Assembly (NCBI GenBank): GCA_030765485.1
Contig: JAVCCR010000002.1
Span: 12,288 to 76,287 of the forward strand
Direction of reading: 5' to 3'
Source of the DNA: Candidatus Gygaella obscura
GTDB taxonomy: Bacteria > Omnitrophota > Gorgyraeia > Gygaellales > Gygaellaceae
Length of the DNA: 64,000 bases
A model generated the notes under the pieces. The model saw only the letters and a program-made list of their open reading frames with translations, was not told the DNA's origin and did not search any database. Shown in pieces: positions 43,296-52,468 of the stretch. A program made the translations under genes and the position numbers. The first letter of the stretch is position 1. Every line of letters starts with the position of its first letter.

Positions 43296-44990
43296 CTAAT
43301 AATCTTTATATTTATTGGTTACGGGAAGACGCCTATCTTTACCGAATGCCTTTTTGGATATCTTAACCCCTAAAGGAACCTGACGGCGCTTGTATTCGTT
43401 AGAATCGACCAAATTTACAACCTTTTTTATCAAATTAAAGCCCTTAGAGGTTTTTCGCCTGATCTTATCAACAGGCAAATCATCTTCTACATAATGCTTT
43501 AAAATATCATCCAATACATCGTAAGCAGGAAGACTATCCTGATCTTTTTGATTTAACTTCAATTCCGCACTAGGCGCTTTTTTTAATATATTGACAGGTA
43601 TTAAATTACCGTTATTCTTATTAAAAAACTCGGCCAGCTTATAAACCATGGTTTTAGGAACATCCTTTAACGCTGCAAAACCGCCAGCCATGTCTCCATA
43701 AAGGGTGCAGTAACCAACCGCAATCTCACTTTTATTGCCTGTAGTCAAAACTAGCCATTTAAATTTATTAGATAAAGCCATTAAAATATTGCCTCTTATG
43801 CGTGCTTGAATATTCTCTTCTGTAGTATCTATCTTTTTATTGATAAAAATCTTTTTTAACGTATCAATATAACTTTTAAAAATATCTTCTATTGATATAG
43901 AAAATGTTTTTATCTTCAACCTCCTAGCAAGCTCGCGGCTATCTTTTACAGAATCGCTGGAAGTAAAACGGGAATTCATAAAAACACCGATACAGTTGTT
44001 TTTTCCGATAGCATCAACAGCAATAGCGGCAACTAGGCTTGAATCTATCCCTCCGCTTAAACCTATAACAACTTTTTTAAAACCGTTCTTTACAATGTAA
44101 TCTCTGGTACCCAAAACAAGAGAATTATAAATCTCAGACAAGGTATCCAGATTATTGTAGTTATCTTTGACTAAAACTTTTCTTTTATTCTCAAAGGCTT
44201 TAAGTTTAATAATATCTCCTGAGTACCTTCTTTTTAGATTTTTTTTAAGCGGAATATCGGCAGTAACAAGCTGTTCTGTGAATTGACCGGCAATAGCGAT
44301 TATCTTTTTATCTTTATTCATAATAAGGCTATCACCGTCAAAAACAAGCTCATCTATACCTCCTACGAGATTGCAATATGCTATAGCAAGATTATTTTCA
44401 TCAATACGCCTAACCAAACCTTCTCTTCTGAAATGTTTCTTTCCGATATGAAACGGTGAAGCGGAAATATTAATAATTAACTCCGCGCCTTTTTTTGCAA
44501 GTGTTTTTGTAATATTGTTATCCTGCCAGATGTCCCAACAGATATTTACGCCGAAAAAGAGCCCAGCAAGAGAAAAAACAGGCGAATATTCTCCCGGAGT
44601 AAAATAGCGTTTTTCATCAAAGACGCTGTAATTAGGAAGATTGATTTTATGATAAATACCCCTTATCTTACCGTCGTTAATGATCGCTGCTGAATTATAA
44701 AGATTTTTATCTTCTCTATTTATAAAACCAAGAACGCAAGTAATGCCTTTGGTGTATTTTAAAATATTTTTTAAATACTTAAGATTGTCATCTACGAAGT
44801 GTTTTTTTAATATAAGATCTTCTGGCGGATATCCTGTTATCGCCAACTCAGGAAAAACCACTATATCAGAGCCAAGCTTTTTTGCATCAGCAATGTAGCT
44901 TATTATCTTATTTATGTTGTAATTTAGATCTCCCACTATGAGGTTAATCTGAGCCAGAGATATTCTTATTGATTTGTCTCTTCTTTTCAT
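43296..44990 (-). CDS. nadE: Glutamine-dependent NAD+ synthetase (nitrilase domain + NAD synthetase domain)
   Basis: N-terminal CN-hydrolase domain (FPELAITGYPPEDL) and C-terminal PP-loop SGGIDSS. 564 aa. Confidence 0.9.
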   Translation of the reverse strand: MKRRDKSIRISLAQINLIVGDLNYNINKIISYIADAKKLGSDIVVFPELAITGYPPEDLILKKHFVDDNLKYLKNILKYTKGITCVLGFINREDKNLYNSAAIINDGKIRGIYHKINLPNYSVFDEKRYFTPGEYSPVFSLAGLFFGVNICWDIWQDNNITKTLAKKGAELIINISASPFHIGKKHFRREGLVRRIDENNLAIAYCNLVGGIDELVFDGDSLIMNKDKKIIAIAGQFTEQLVTADIPLKKNLKRRYSGDIIKLKAFENKRKVLVKDNYNNLDTLSEIYNSLVLGTRDYIVKNGFKKVVIGLSGGIDSSLVAAIAVDAIGKNNCIGVFMNSRFTSSDSVKDSRELARRLKIKTFSISIEDIFKSYIDTLKKIFINKKIDTTEENIQARIRGNILMALSNKFKWLVLTTGNKSEIAVGYCTLYGDMAGGFAALKDVPKTMVYKLAEFFNKNNGNLIPVNILKKAPSAELKLNQKDQDSLPAYDVLDDILKHYVEDDLPVDKIRRKTSKGFNLIKKVVNLVDSNEYKRRQVPLGVKISKKAFGKDRRLPVTNKYKDY

Positions 44991-45067
44991 ATCAGCTATT
45001 ATACACTAAAGAGCTTAATAAGTTAAAATTAATTGTAGAGAAACTAGGTATATGGTATCATAAAACA

Positions 45068-46111
45068 ATGCTGCATAAAATAAAAAATAAACTCAACCAA
45101 GAACTGAAAATATTCATTAAAGATATCGACCAATTCTACAGATTAAAAGGAATTTCACCAGTTTTATCAAATAGCATTAAAGAGTTTTTGCTTCGTGATG
45201 GTAAGCGAATCCGCCCCATTCTACTAATTATCGGTTTTAAGGCCTTCTCCAGAAAAAATCCTTTCGGGTTATATAAATGCGCCCTGTCTTTAGAACTACT
45301 GCATGACTTTATGCTCGTACACGATGACATAATCGACAGATCTAACAAACGACGGGGAAAATCATCGATGCATAAAATGCTCGGGGATTACCTTAAACGC
45401 TACCCAAATTGCAAATCTTCCGGAAGCGACCTTGCAATAGTAACTGCAGATGTAATGTACGCTTTAGCAATCCATGCTTTTTTAAGTATAAAAATTGACT
45501 TTATCCTAAAAGAAAAGGCCTTAAGAAAATTCATAGAAGCTACAGTATTCACTGGAAGCGGCGAATTCATTGAACTGCTTTATAGCATAGAAAATATAGA
45601 TAAAATTAAAAAAGAAAAAATATTCAAAATATATGATTTAAAAACAGCCTTTTATACCTTTGCCGCTCCTCTGGCAATGGGAGCAATACTTGCAGGAGCA
45701 AACAATACCGAAATAAATAAAATCTTTAAAATTGGCCTTAATCTGGGTCGCGCCTTTCAGATAAAAGACGATATAATCGGCATGTTCAGCGAACAAAAAC
45801 AAAGCGGTAAATCTTCGCTTACCGATCTACAGGAAGCTAAAAAGACCCTGCTTATATGGCATGCGTACAATAAAAACTCTAAAAACAAAATGGCTATAAA
45901 GAATATACTTAATAAAAAGAAGGTAACTAAAACAGACCTTGTAAAGATGAGAAAGCTATTAAAAACTAGCGGCTCCCTTGACTATGCCAAAAACCAAATC
46001 TCAGAATTAAATACCACGGTAAAGAAATTGATTACTAATTCAAGAATGAGAAAAAAATACAAACTCGTTCTTGAAAACCTTACTAAGGATATCCTTCTTA
46101 AAAAATGTTAA
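45068..46111 (+). CDS. Polyprenyl diphosphate synthase (trans-IPPS; GGPP/FPP synthase family)
   Basis: First Asp-rich motif LVHDDIIDRSNKRRG and second motif FQIKDDIIG. The ORF-track start at 44969 overlaps nadE; an internal Met (MLHKIKNKL) is more plausible. Confidence 0.8.
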   Translation: MLHKIKNKLNQELKIFIKDIDQFYRLKGISPVLSNSIKEFLLRDGKRIRPILLIIGFKAFSRKNPFGLYKCALSLELLHDFMLVHDDIIDRSNKRRGKSSMHKMLGDYLKRYPNCKSSGSDLAIVTADVMYALAIHAFLSIKIDFILKEKALRKFIEATVFTGSGEFIELLYSIENIDKIKKEKIFKIYDLKTAFYTFAAPLAMGAILAGANNTEINKIFKIGLNLGRAFQIKDDIIGMFSEQKQSGKSSLTDLQEAKKTLLIWHAYNKNSKNKMAIKNILNKKKVTKTDLVKMRKLLKTSGSLDYAKNQISELNTTVKKLITNSRMRKKYKLVLENLTKDILLKKC

Positions 46112-46132
46112 AAATAGTTTCACAATATTAAT

Positions 46133-46972
46133 ATGAAAATCAATCTTGCAAAATCAACTGGCTTTTGTTTTGGTGTGCGTCGCGCTTTAAAAATCGCATA
46201 TGACACAGTAAAACTTTCTGCAACAGTAGAAATGCTAGGAGATATAGTCCATAACGAAGAGGTAGTTAAAGATATTGATAAAATCGGGATCAAAAAAATC
46301 GTCAAACTTAAAATAGGTAGAAATAAACTGCTCCTTATAAGAGCGCATGGAGTTGGCGAGAAGACAATAAAAAAAGCTAGTGCCTTAGGTTATAAAATAA
46401 TCGATGCCACATGCCCCATGGTAAAAGAAATCCATAAAATTGCAATTGAAATGGAAAAAAAAGGCTACACGATAATCATCATTGGAGACAAAAAACATGA
46501 CGAGGTGCAAGGCATTATTGGCCAATTAAAAAAGAAAGCCATCGCCATTGATGCTGTAAATCCTTTACCTTTGAACAAACTTCGTAAAATAAAAAAAGCA
46601 GCAGTTATAGTTCAATCTACCCAAAACTATGATCGGGTAACTAAAATAATTGGTATAATGAAAAAAGAAATAAAACAACTTAAATCCTTTAATACAATCT
46701 GCAATCCTACAAGACTTAAACAACAAGAAATAAAAAAGCTCCCCAAAAGAAATGATATTATGATAATAATCGGCTCCAAACACAGCGCTAACACAAAAAG
46801 GCTTTATCAGATTTCAAAATCCCTAAATAAAAAAAGTTATTGGGTACAAACTTATAAAGGTTTGAAAAAAGAATGGTTTAAGAAAGTGAAAAATGTTGGT
46901 ATTGCAGCTGGATCCTCCACACCTGATAAAACTACAAGATCTGTAATCGACTTTATTAATAATCTTAAATAA
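46133..46972 (+). CDS. ispH: 4-hydroxy-3-methylbut-2-enyl diphosphate reductase
   Basis: MKINLAKSTGFCFGVRRAL N-terminus with conserved Cys, and the ATCP motif (ATCPMV). 279 aa. Confidence 0.9.
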   Translation: MKINLAKSTGFCFGVRRALKIAYDTVKLSATVEMLGDIVHNEEVVKDIDKIGIKKIVKLKIGRNKLLLIRAHGVGEKTIKKASALGYKIIDATCPMVKEIHKIAIEMEKKGYTIIIIGDKKHDEVQGIIGQLKKKAIAIDAVNPLPLNKLRKIKKAAVIVQSTQNYDRVTKIIGIMKKEIKQLKSFNTICNPTRLKQQEIKKLPKRNDIMIIIGSKHSANTKRLYQISKSLNKKSYWVQTYKGLKKEWFKKVKNVGIAAGSSTPDKTTRSVIDFINNLK

Positions 46973-47103
46973 ATTTTTTAAAAAATTCACCCCATAACAC
47001 ACTTGAGCCTACTATCACAACCTCCAATTTTTGTTTTAATTACATATTTGTCTCCAGATAGGATTGACCTTAAAATTAATCTTAAAGAAATATAAAAAAT
47101 TAC

Positions 47104-47142
47104 TTGACAAGTGTAAATGATATGTTATAGTTAACTTGTCAA
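47104..47142 (+). promoter_or_regulatory. Sigma70-type promoter (TTGACA-16 nt-TATAGT) framed by a perfect 9-bp inverted repeat TTGACAAGT...ACTTGTCAA (putative operator) upstream of the HTH-glnA gene
   Basis: TTGACA 47104-09, TATAGT 47126-31. Inverted-repeat arms 47104-12 and 47134-42, centres 30 bp apart. Strong SD AAAGGAGGAG at 47166-75, ATG at 47179. Confidence 0.65.
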
Positions 47143-47178
47143 TCGTAAAGTAACATAACAATCGTCAAAGGAGGAGAC

Positions 47179-48714
47179 ATGAATAAAGAATTCTTAAGCC
47201 CAACAGAAGCAGCGAAAGTACTTAAAATCTCAAGGCAGGCTGTAATTGAACGCATTAAACATGGTTCATTAAAGGCTGATAAAGTGGGTAAACAATATAT
47301 AATCGCCTTAGAAGAGATCGAAAACCAAAAAGGCTTTGGTGTTGAATTAAAAAATGACAGTTCTTCTATTCCCTCACCAAAGATATCCAACAAGGATTCA
47401 ACAAAAGAGATATTAAAAATAGTTAATCAACACGATATAAGAACAATCCAGCTGTGGTTTGTCGATATTTTAGGAATATTAAAGTGCGTTTCCATCACCA
47501 AAGGAGAATTAAAAGACGCCCTAGAACACGGTAAAGGTTTTGACGGCTCATCTGTTACTGGGTTTGCCGAGGCTGAAGAAAGTGATATTATTGCTTTACC
47601 TGATCCTTCTACATTTAAGATACTTCCCTGGACAACTAAAGACTATCCGATTGCTCGAATGTTTTGCGATATACTAAATACAAACGGTACCCCTTATGCA
47701 GGAGATCCAAGACATGTACTTAAAAGAGCTCTTGAAAGAGCAAAAAAATTGGGTTTTGATTTTTATATCGGTGCGGAATTAGAGTATTTTTATTTCAAAT
47801 CATCAACCAAACCCGAAATAATTGATGAAGGTTCTTATTTCGAACTAATACCGAATGATCTGGCTAATACTCTCAGAAACAAAACCGTAAGGGTGCTTGA
47901 AGAAATGGGAATTACCATGGAAGCAACTCATCATGAAGTAGCACCCAGCCAACATGAAATTGACCCTAAATATACCGATGCCTTAAAAGCAGCAGATAAC
48001 GTCATTACCTGTAAATACGTCATAAAAGAAATCGCCCAGCAAAGCGGCGTATACGCTACCTTTATGCCAAAACCTCTTTTTGGACATAACGGTTCAGGCA
48101 TGCACATACACCAATCATTATTCAAAAAGGATAAAAACTCCTTTTTTGAAAAAAAGGATAAACATCATCTATCTAACATTGCAAAACATTTTATATCCGG
48201 TCAGCTTAAACACGCCCGGGAAATCTGTTCTCTTACTGCCCAATGGGTAAACTCTTACAAAAGGCTTGTTTCAGGATATGAAGCTCCTGTTTATGCCTCT
48301 TGGGCACAGAAAAACAGAACCACACTAATAAGAGTACCCATGTACAGACCCGGCAATGAAAAGGCAACACGTGCAGAACTGCGTTGTCCAGATCCAGCCT
48401 GCAATCCATACCTGGCATTTGCTGTTATGCTGACTGCAGGTTTAGAGGGAATTGAAAAAAAATATCCCCTTCCTGCCCCTGTTGAACCGAATATATATAA
48501 TATGGCTATGGAGGAAAGAGAAAAACGTGGCCTTACCTCTTTACCGGGAAACCTTTTTGAAGCAATACTAGAGACCGAAAATAGTCAATTCGTAAAAGAA
48601 ACTTTGGGAAACCATATCTTCAACCGTTTCCTTTTCAATAAAAAGAAAGAATGGGAAGAATATAGAATCCAAATAACCCAACATGAAATCAAAAAATACT
48701 TACCTCTACTATAG
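47179..48714 (+). CDS. glnA: Glutamine synthetase with an N-terminal HTH_17 (excisionase/MerR-like) DNA-binding domain
   Basis: Residues about 5-50, SPTEAAKVLKISRQAVIERIKHGSLKADKVGKQYII, form an HTH_17. The remaining about 450 aa carry GS beta-grasp and catalytic domains (IRTIQLWFVDILG..., NGSGMHIHQS, the ATP-binding region). Confidence 0.8.
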   Translation: MNKEFLSPTEAAKVLKISRQAVIERIKHGSLKADKVGKQYIIALEEIENQKGFGVELKNDSSSIPSPKISNKDSTKEILKIVNQHDIRTIQLWFVDILGILKCVSITKGELKDALEHGKGFDGSSVTGFAEAEESDIIALPDPSTFKILPWTTKDYPIARMFCDILNTNGTPYAGDPRHVLKRALERAKKLGFDFYIGAELEYFYFKSSTKPEIIDEGSYFELIPNDLANTLRNKTVRVLEEMGITMEATHHEVAPSQHEIDPKYTDALKAADNVITCKYVIKEIAQQSGVYATFMPKPLFGHNGSGMHIHQSLFKKDKNSFFEKKDKHHLSNIAKHFISGQLKHAREICSLTAQWVNSYKRLVSGYEAPVYASWAQKNRTTLIRVPMYRPGNEKATRAELRCPDPACNPYLAFAVMLTAGLEGIEKKYPLPAPVEPNIYNMAMEEREKRGLTSLPGNLFEAILETENSQFVKETLGNHIFNRFLFNKKKEWEEYRIQITQHEIKKYLPLL

Positions 48715-48734
48715 ATAGGGCATGAAACAAGAAT

Positions 48735-48770
48735 AATAAAAAAGGCAGCAAAATTAGCTGCCTTTTTTAT
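48735..48770. terminator. Bidirectional intrinsic terminator between glnA (+) and ldh (-)
   Basis: A-run, stem GGCAGC (loop AAAATTA) GCTGCC, then T6. Confidence 0.7.
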
Positions 48771-48792
48771 TATTCTTATATTTATCTCTACT

Positions 48793-49737
48793 CTAAATAC
48801 CCAAAGACTTAATAACGCTCTTAAGCTTTTCTGCAGATTGCCTAAGTTGAACCTGCTCTTCATCGAATAATTCAATTTTTAAAACCCTTTCAACACCTAA
48901 TCTATTAACCTTACAGGGAAGACTAAAACAAACTTCTTTTATACCATAATAATCATCAATAAAACTGGAAAGTGGTAAAATAGAGTTTTCATCCCTTATT
49001 ATGGCCTGTACTATTTTAGTTAAAGAAAGTCCTATAGCATAATATGTAGAACCTTTACATTTTATAATCTCATAAGCAGCATCTTTTACCTCTTTAAAAA
49101 TATTGCCAAGCCTTTTGTGATAATCACAGCTTTTATTACACTGGGGGCAATACTCAGCGATTTTCATACCGGCAATACTTGCCTGACTCCAAACAGGTAA
49201 CTCACTATCACCATGTTCACCGATAATATAAGCATGAATATTTTTTGGATCAATTTGACAATTTCTACTTATAGAATACCTGAGTCTTGAAGTATCTAAT
49301 ACCGTACCAGAACCAATTACCCTTCCTTTATCTAAACCAGAAATCTTTAAAGCATAATAAGTAAGTATGTCTACAGGATTCGACACTACTAACAACACAC
49401 CCTGTCTGCAGTATTTAACTATCTTAGGTATTATCTCTTTAAAAATATCGGCATTTGTTTTTATTAAATCCAAACGGGATTGTCCGCTCTTTTGCTTTGC
49501 ACCTAGAGTAATAACTACCACTTCAGCATCCTTACAATCATTATAATCACCTTCATGGATATTAACCGGAGAAGCAAAACTCACTCCATGGTTTAAATCC
49601 ATAACTTCACCTCTTAAACGCTTTCTATTATTATCAATCAAAACTATCTCTCTTGCTAAACCACTGATCATCAATGAATACGCAAAAGTACTTCCTACAC
49701 TACCCGCACCAACAATTACTATTTTTGGAATATGCAT
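48793..49737 (-). CDS. ldh: L-lactate dehydrogenase
   Basis: KIVIVGAGSVGST Rossmann motif, substrate loop GAKQKSGQSRLDL with Gln rather than Arg, IGEHGDSE active site. Confidence 0.82.
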   Translation of the reverse strand: MHIPKIVIVGAGSVGSTFAYSLMISGLAREIVLIDNNRKRLRGEVMDLNHGVSFASPVNIHEGDYNDCKDAEVVVITLGAKQKSGQSRLDLIKTNADIFKEIIPKIVKYCRQGVLLVVSNPVDILTYYALKISGLDKGRVIGSGTVLDTSRLRYSISRNCQIDPKNIHAYIIGEHGDSELPVWSQASIAGMKIAEYCPQCNKSCDYHKRLGNIFKEVKDAAYEIIKCKGSTYYAIGLSLTKIVQAIIRDENSILPLSSFIDDYYGIKEVCFSLPCKVNRLGVERVLKIELFDEEQVQLRQSAEKLKSVIKSLGI

Positions 49738-49758
49738 AAATTTTTCTTGGTTGATTCA

Positions 49759-50247
49759 TCATCCTTTATCAAAATTGGTTCTTAAACTTACAAGCTTCTC
49801 AAGATGAAGTTCTTCTTCATGAATAATTTCCTTTAATACATTTCTCTCTCCTTCAGAAATAGCCTCTTTCATCGCATCATAATAACGTATAGAATCTTTT
49901 TCAAACTCTATTGCTTTACTAATTGCCTCATTGTCGCTTTTAACCTCTAAAGCTATTCTTTTACCTTGGTTTTCTTGAGCAAATATAAGCTTAGAAGCAA
50001 TACTGTTTATATAAAAGAAATATTCCTGCGTATACAGGCTTTCTTGTTTGGAATTCCTTTTCAACTCTTCCAACATATAAATAAATTTATTCGCGTGTTT
50101 TTTCTCTTCATCTCTTAAATAAATGAGCATTGAGTTTATGGCGTGATCTTTTGTCTTTTTAGCATACTGATCATAATAATCATAACCGTTATTTTCGATT
50201 TTTACAGCTATCTCTAAAAGCTCTGCTGCAGAAACTTTATTTTCCAT
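49759..50247 (-). CDS. Rubrerythrin/ferritin-like diiron protein (no rubredoxin domain)
   Basis: Two E-x-x-H pairs (DEEKKHANKF, EEELHLEKL) in a four-helix-bundle-sized protein of 162 aa. Confidence 0.65.
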   Translation of the reverse strand: MENKVSAAELLEIAVKIENNGYDYYDQYAKKTKDHAINSMLIYLRDEEKKHANKFIYMLEELKRNSKQESLYTQEYFFYINSIASKLIFAQENQGKRIALEVKSDNEAISKAIEFEKDSIRYYDAMKEAISEGERNVLKEIIHEEELHLEKLVSLRTNFDKG

Positions 50248-50261
50248 GACCTGATCCTTTT

Positions 50262-50804
50262 CTAAAATGAGAAATTCTTTCCCATTTCAAAAGCCTCTCG
50301 TAGTACATCTTTCTTGGCTAGAACGGCTTGTTTATCCTCGCACTCAGTACAAAATAATTCCTTAGAATATTCTATACCTGTAACGACAAAAAAATGCTTA
50401 ATAATAGATTTCGCGTTATCAAAATATGAACTTTTCTTATCGCCCTGAACAGATATAAAAACACCCTTTTGTTTCTTCTGCGAAAAACTCACCCCTCTAA
50501 ATATTTTATCTTCCCACACGCCCTGAAAACGGTCAATCATCATTTTTAACTGAGCTGTCATGCTACCAAAATATATCGGCGTACCTAAAACTAAAATATC
50601 AGCAGACTTAATCTTTTCTAAAACTTTTTCAAAGTCATCCTCCGGTAAATTTTCACGGTAAGCTGCTATATTAAACTTATCAAGATAAAGCTTCTCACTA
50701 TCATAACCTTTCAACACAAAACCTTCCAATATCTCATCAATTATTAAATCAGTATTACCTTGTATCCTGGGGCTGGCATTAATTGCTAATACAAACATAA
50801 TCAA
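50262..50804 (-). CDS. Flavodoxin-like NAD(P)H-dependent FMN reductase
   Basis: MFVLAINASPRIQGNTD and ILVLGTPIYFGSMTAQLKMMIDR, the NADPH-dependent FMN reductase family pattern. Confidence 0.75.
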   Translation of the reverse strand: MIMFVLAINASPRIQGNTDLIIDEILEGFVLKGYDSEKLYLDKFNIAAYRENLPEDDFEKVLEKIKSADILVLGTPIYFGSMTAQLKMMIDRFQGVWEDKIFRGVSFSQKKQKGVFISVQGDKKSSYFDNAKSIIKHFFVVTGIEYSKELFCTECEDKQAVLAKKDVLREAFEMGKNFSF

Positions 50805-51271
50805 CCTTTAAGTTTAATGTCTTTTGGTTTAAGATCTATAATGTTATCTACCATAACAAGAATCAAATAATTGGGTTTAGGTAAATTAGCTTCATAATGA
50901 GGAGCTGAAGATGTATTATTTTTTATATTGTTCATCAATCTATTTGTAATTCTTGAGGTAATTATTCTATTCCAGTCTGATATAAGCGATTCTGTAATTT
51001 TATCCTTGTTCATTATCTCAGCTTTCCCTTTAAGGCTATAGCCGATAAATTGGTGTTCATTAAAAGCTGTTATAGAAATTCTATTGTCGGTCTTAAGGTT
51101 ATTATAGGTAACAGCTTGATAAAGATCCATAATATAAATCTTTCCTTTTGGGTCTATTCTTACAATGCCTTTACAGGAACTATGGATACTACCGTCATTG
51201 GAAAAAGTAGACACCAAGACACAGCCCTGCTTTTCAAAAAACTTAACTACTACCTCACTTAACTCAATCAT
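50801..51271 (-). CDS. Pyridoxamine 5'-phosphate oxidase-like FMN-binding split-barrel protein
   Basis: VLVSTFSNDGSIHSS...YIMDLYQAVTYNNL pattern of the PNPOx-like family. TAAGGA RBS upstream. Confidence 0.6.
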   Translation of the reverse strand: MIELSEVVVKFFEKQGCVLVSTFSNDGSIHSSCKGIVRIDPKGKIYIMDLYQAVTYNNLKTDNRISITAFNEHQFIGYSLKGKAEIMNKDKITESLISDWNRIITSRITNRLMNNIKNNTSSAPHYEANLPKPNYLILVMVDNIIDLKPKDIKLKG

Positions 51272-51348
51272 AAATATCCTTAGGTCGTAAGCTCTGCGAT
51301 TTTCTTCTGTATAAGATTATTGTATTTTTGCTCTTCTTCTCAAACCTC

Positions 51349-51741
51349 CTAGAAATTTAATTCATAGAAAGCGTCCCAAAGCCCGTGGATATTGCAATAA
51401 CTGTAGACTAAGATTGTCCCTGGATTATCTGTCTTAAAACTTAGCTTTACAATAGGTATAGTATAAACCCCGCCTGTATTAGGACCCTTAGTGGAGGCCC
51501 CATGAGAAGAAAATTCAACTCTTGAAATCAAAGTAGGATTTTTTTCTCCTCTGGGCAAAAAATATGCTTCAATATAAGCTATATGATGCTCTGTTGTATT
51601 AGGATGTACAATTTCTTTACCGACGCTAATACTAAACTTAATATTCTCTGATTTTCTTGGTTGACCATTAATTTCAATTACCGGAACATGCTTTTCTAAT
51701 TTCCAATCAGCGCTGTTAAATACCTCTTTTATGCTTTTCAT
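51349..51741 (-). CDS. sor: Superoxide reductase (1Fe-SOR / neelaredoxin type)
   Basis: EKHVPVIE, HHIAYIE and CNIHGLW iron ligand motifs. Start MKSIKEVF is preceded by AAAGGAGAG. The ORF-track start is 20 codons too long. Confidence 0.85.
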   Translation of the reverse strand: MKSIKEVFNSADWKLEKHVPVIEINGQPRKSENIKFSISVGKEIVHPNTTEHHIAYIEAYFLPRGEKNPTLISRVEFSSHGASTKGPNTGGVYTIPIVKLSFKTDNPGTILVYSYCNIHGLWDAFYELNF

Positions 51742-51754
51742 AAACTCTCCTTTT

Positions 51755-52465
51755 TCAATAACCAATAAAAACTTCTTTTTTAATATTTTTATTCTGCACA
51801 TTCAACTCTTTTAATATCTTCGACATAGCCTCTGCCATGGCCGGCGGACCAAAAATAAAAAATACCCTCTCCTGAAAATCAGGTATATATTTTTCTATTG
51901 TAGATCTGTCTATCTTTCCCATTAACAAAACATTATTCTTGATAATTTGTTCAGTAATAGTAAGAATTGTCTTTATATTATTTAAACGCCTGCTAAAACC
52001 CTCTAAGGTTCCCTTAAAGGCAATTTCTTCTATACTTCTATTAGAATACAATAATAAACTATCCGTAGAAAGGTTTTTCTCAACAATATACTCAAGTATA
52101 GAAATTACAGGAGTAATACCTATACCTCCTATAAGAAAGCCTATTTTTCTAAACTCCTGTTTAAAAACGCAAGTACCAAAAGGCCCCTGGAAAAAAACTT
52201 CATCATTTTCCTCCAACGACTTTAACTGAGATGAAAACTTACTATTACTTAACCTTTTAGTAACTTCAAGATAATCTTTCGTGGGAGAACAAGAAATTGA
52301 TAGATATTTATTCAGTTCGTTATTTCCGGAATTAACCGAATCAAACATAACCTGTACGAACTGACCTGGCAAAAAGGCAGGCTTATTAATAACAGAAAAA
52401 CTAAAACTTTCTATAGTAGGGGTTTGTTTTATTCTTTTGATCAACTTGGCTTTAAAAGAATTCAT
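51755..52465 (-). CDS. FNR-like FAD/NAD(P)-binding oxidoreductase (PyrK-like ferredoxin-NADP reductase fold, no Fe-S tail)
   Basis: FAD-binding beta-barrel (PGQFVQVMF, KYLSIS) and NAD-binding motif GGIGITP. Stop is 13 nt before the SOR start. Confidence 0.7.
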   Translation of the reverse strand: MNSFKAKLIKRIKQTPTIESFSFSVINKPAFLPGQFVQVMFDSVNSGNNELNKYLSISCSPTKDYLEVTKRLSNSKFSSQLKSLEENDEVFFQGPFGTCVFKQEFRKIGFLIGGIGITPVISILEYIVEKNLSTDSLLLYSNRSIEEIAFKGTLEGFSRRLNNIKTILTITEQIIKNNVLLMGKIDRSTIEKYIPDFQERVFFIFGPPAMAEAMSKILKELNVQNKNIKKEVFIGY

Positions 52466-52468
52466 CTT

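Noticed and set aside
44969-45067. ORF-track N-terminal extension of the polyprenyl synthase (MICLFFSYQ...)
   Set aside because: It overlaps the nadE start codon on the opposite strand. Trans-IPPS enzymes of about 345 aa start near the internal Met (MLHKIKNKL), so the extension is probably untranslated.
46973-47103. Possible terminator after ispH (AAATTTTTTAAAAAATT)
   Set aside because: It is a pure A/T palindrome with no GC stem and is unlikely to form a stable hairpin. ispH transcription may read into the glnA promoter region or terminate by another mechanism.
51742-51801. N-terminal 20 codons of the ORF-track SOR (MCRIKILKKKFLLVIEKGEF)
   Set aside because: They overlap the upstream FNR-like gene and lack an RBS, whereas the internal ATG at 51741 is preceded by AAAGGAGAG. 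SOR proteins of about 125-130 aa start at the MKSIKE-type position.
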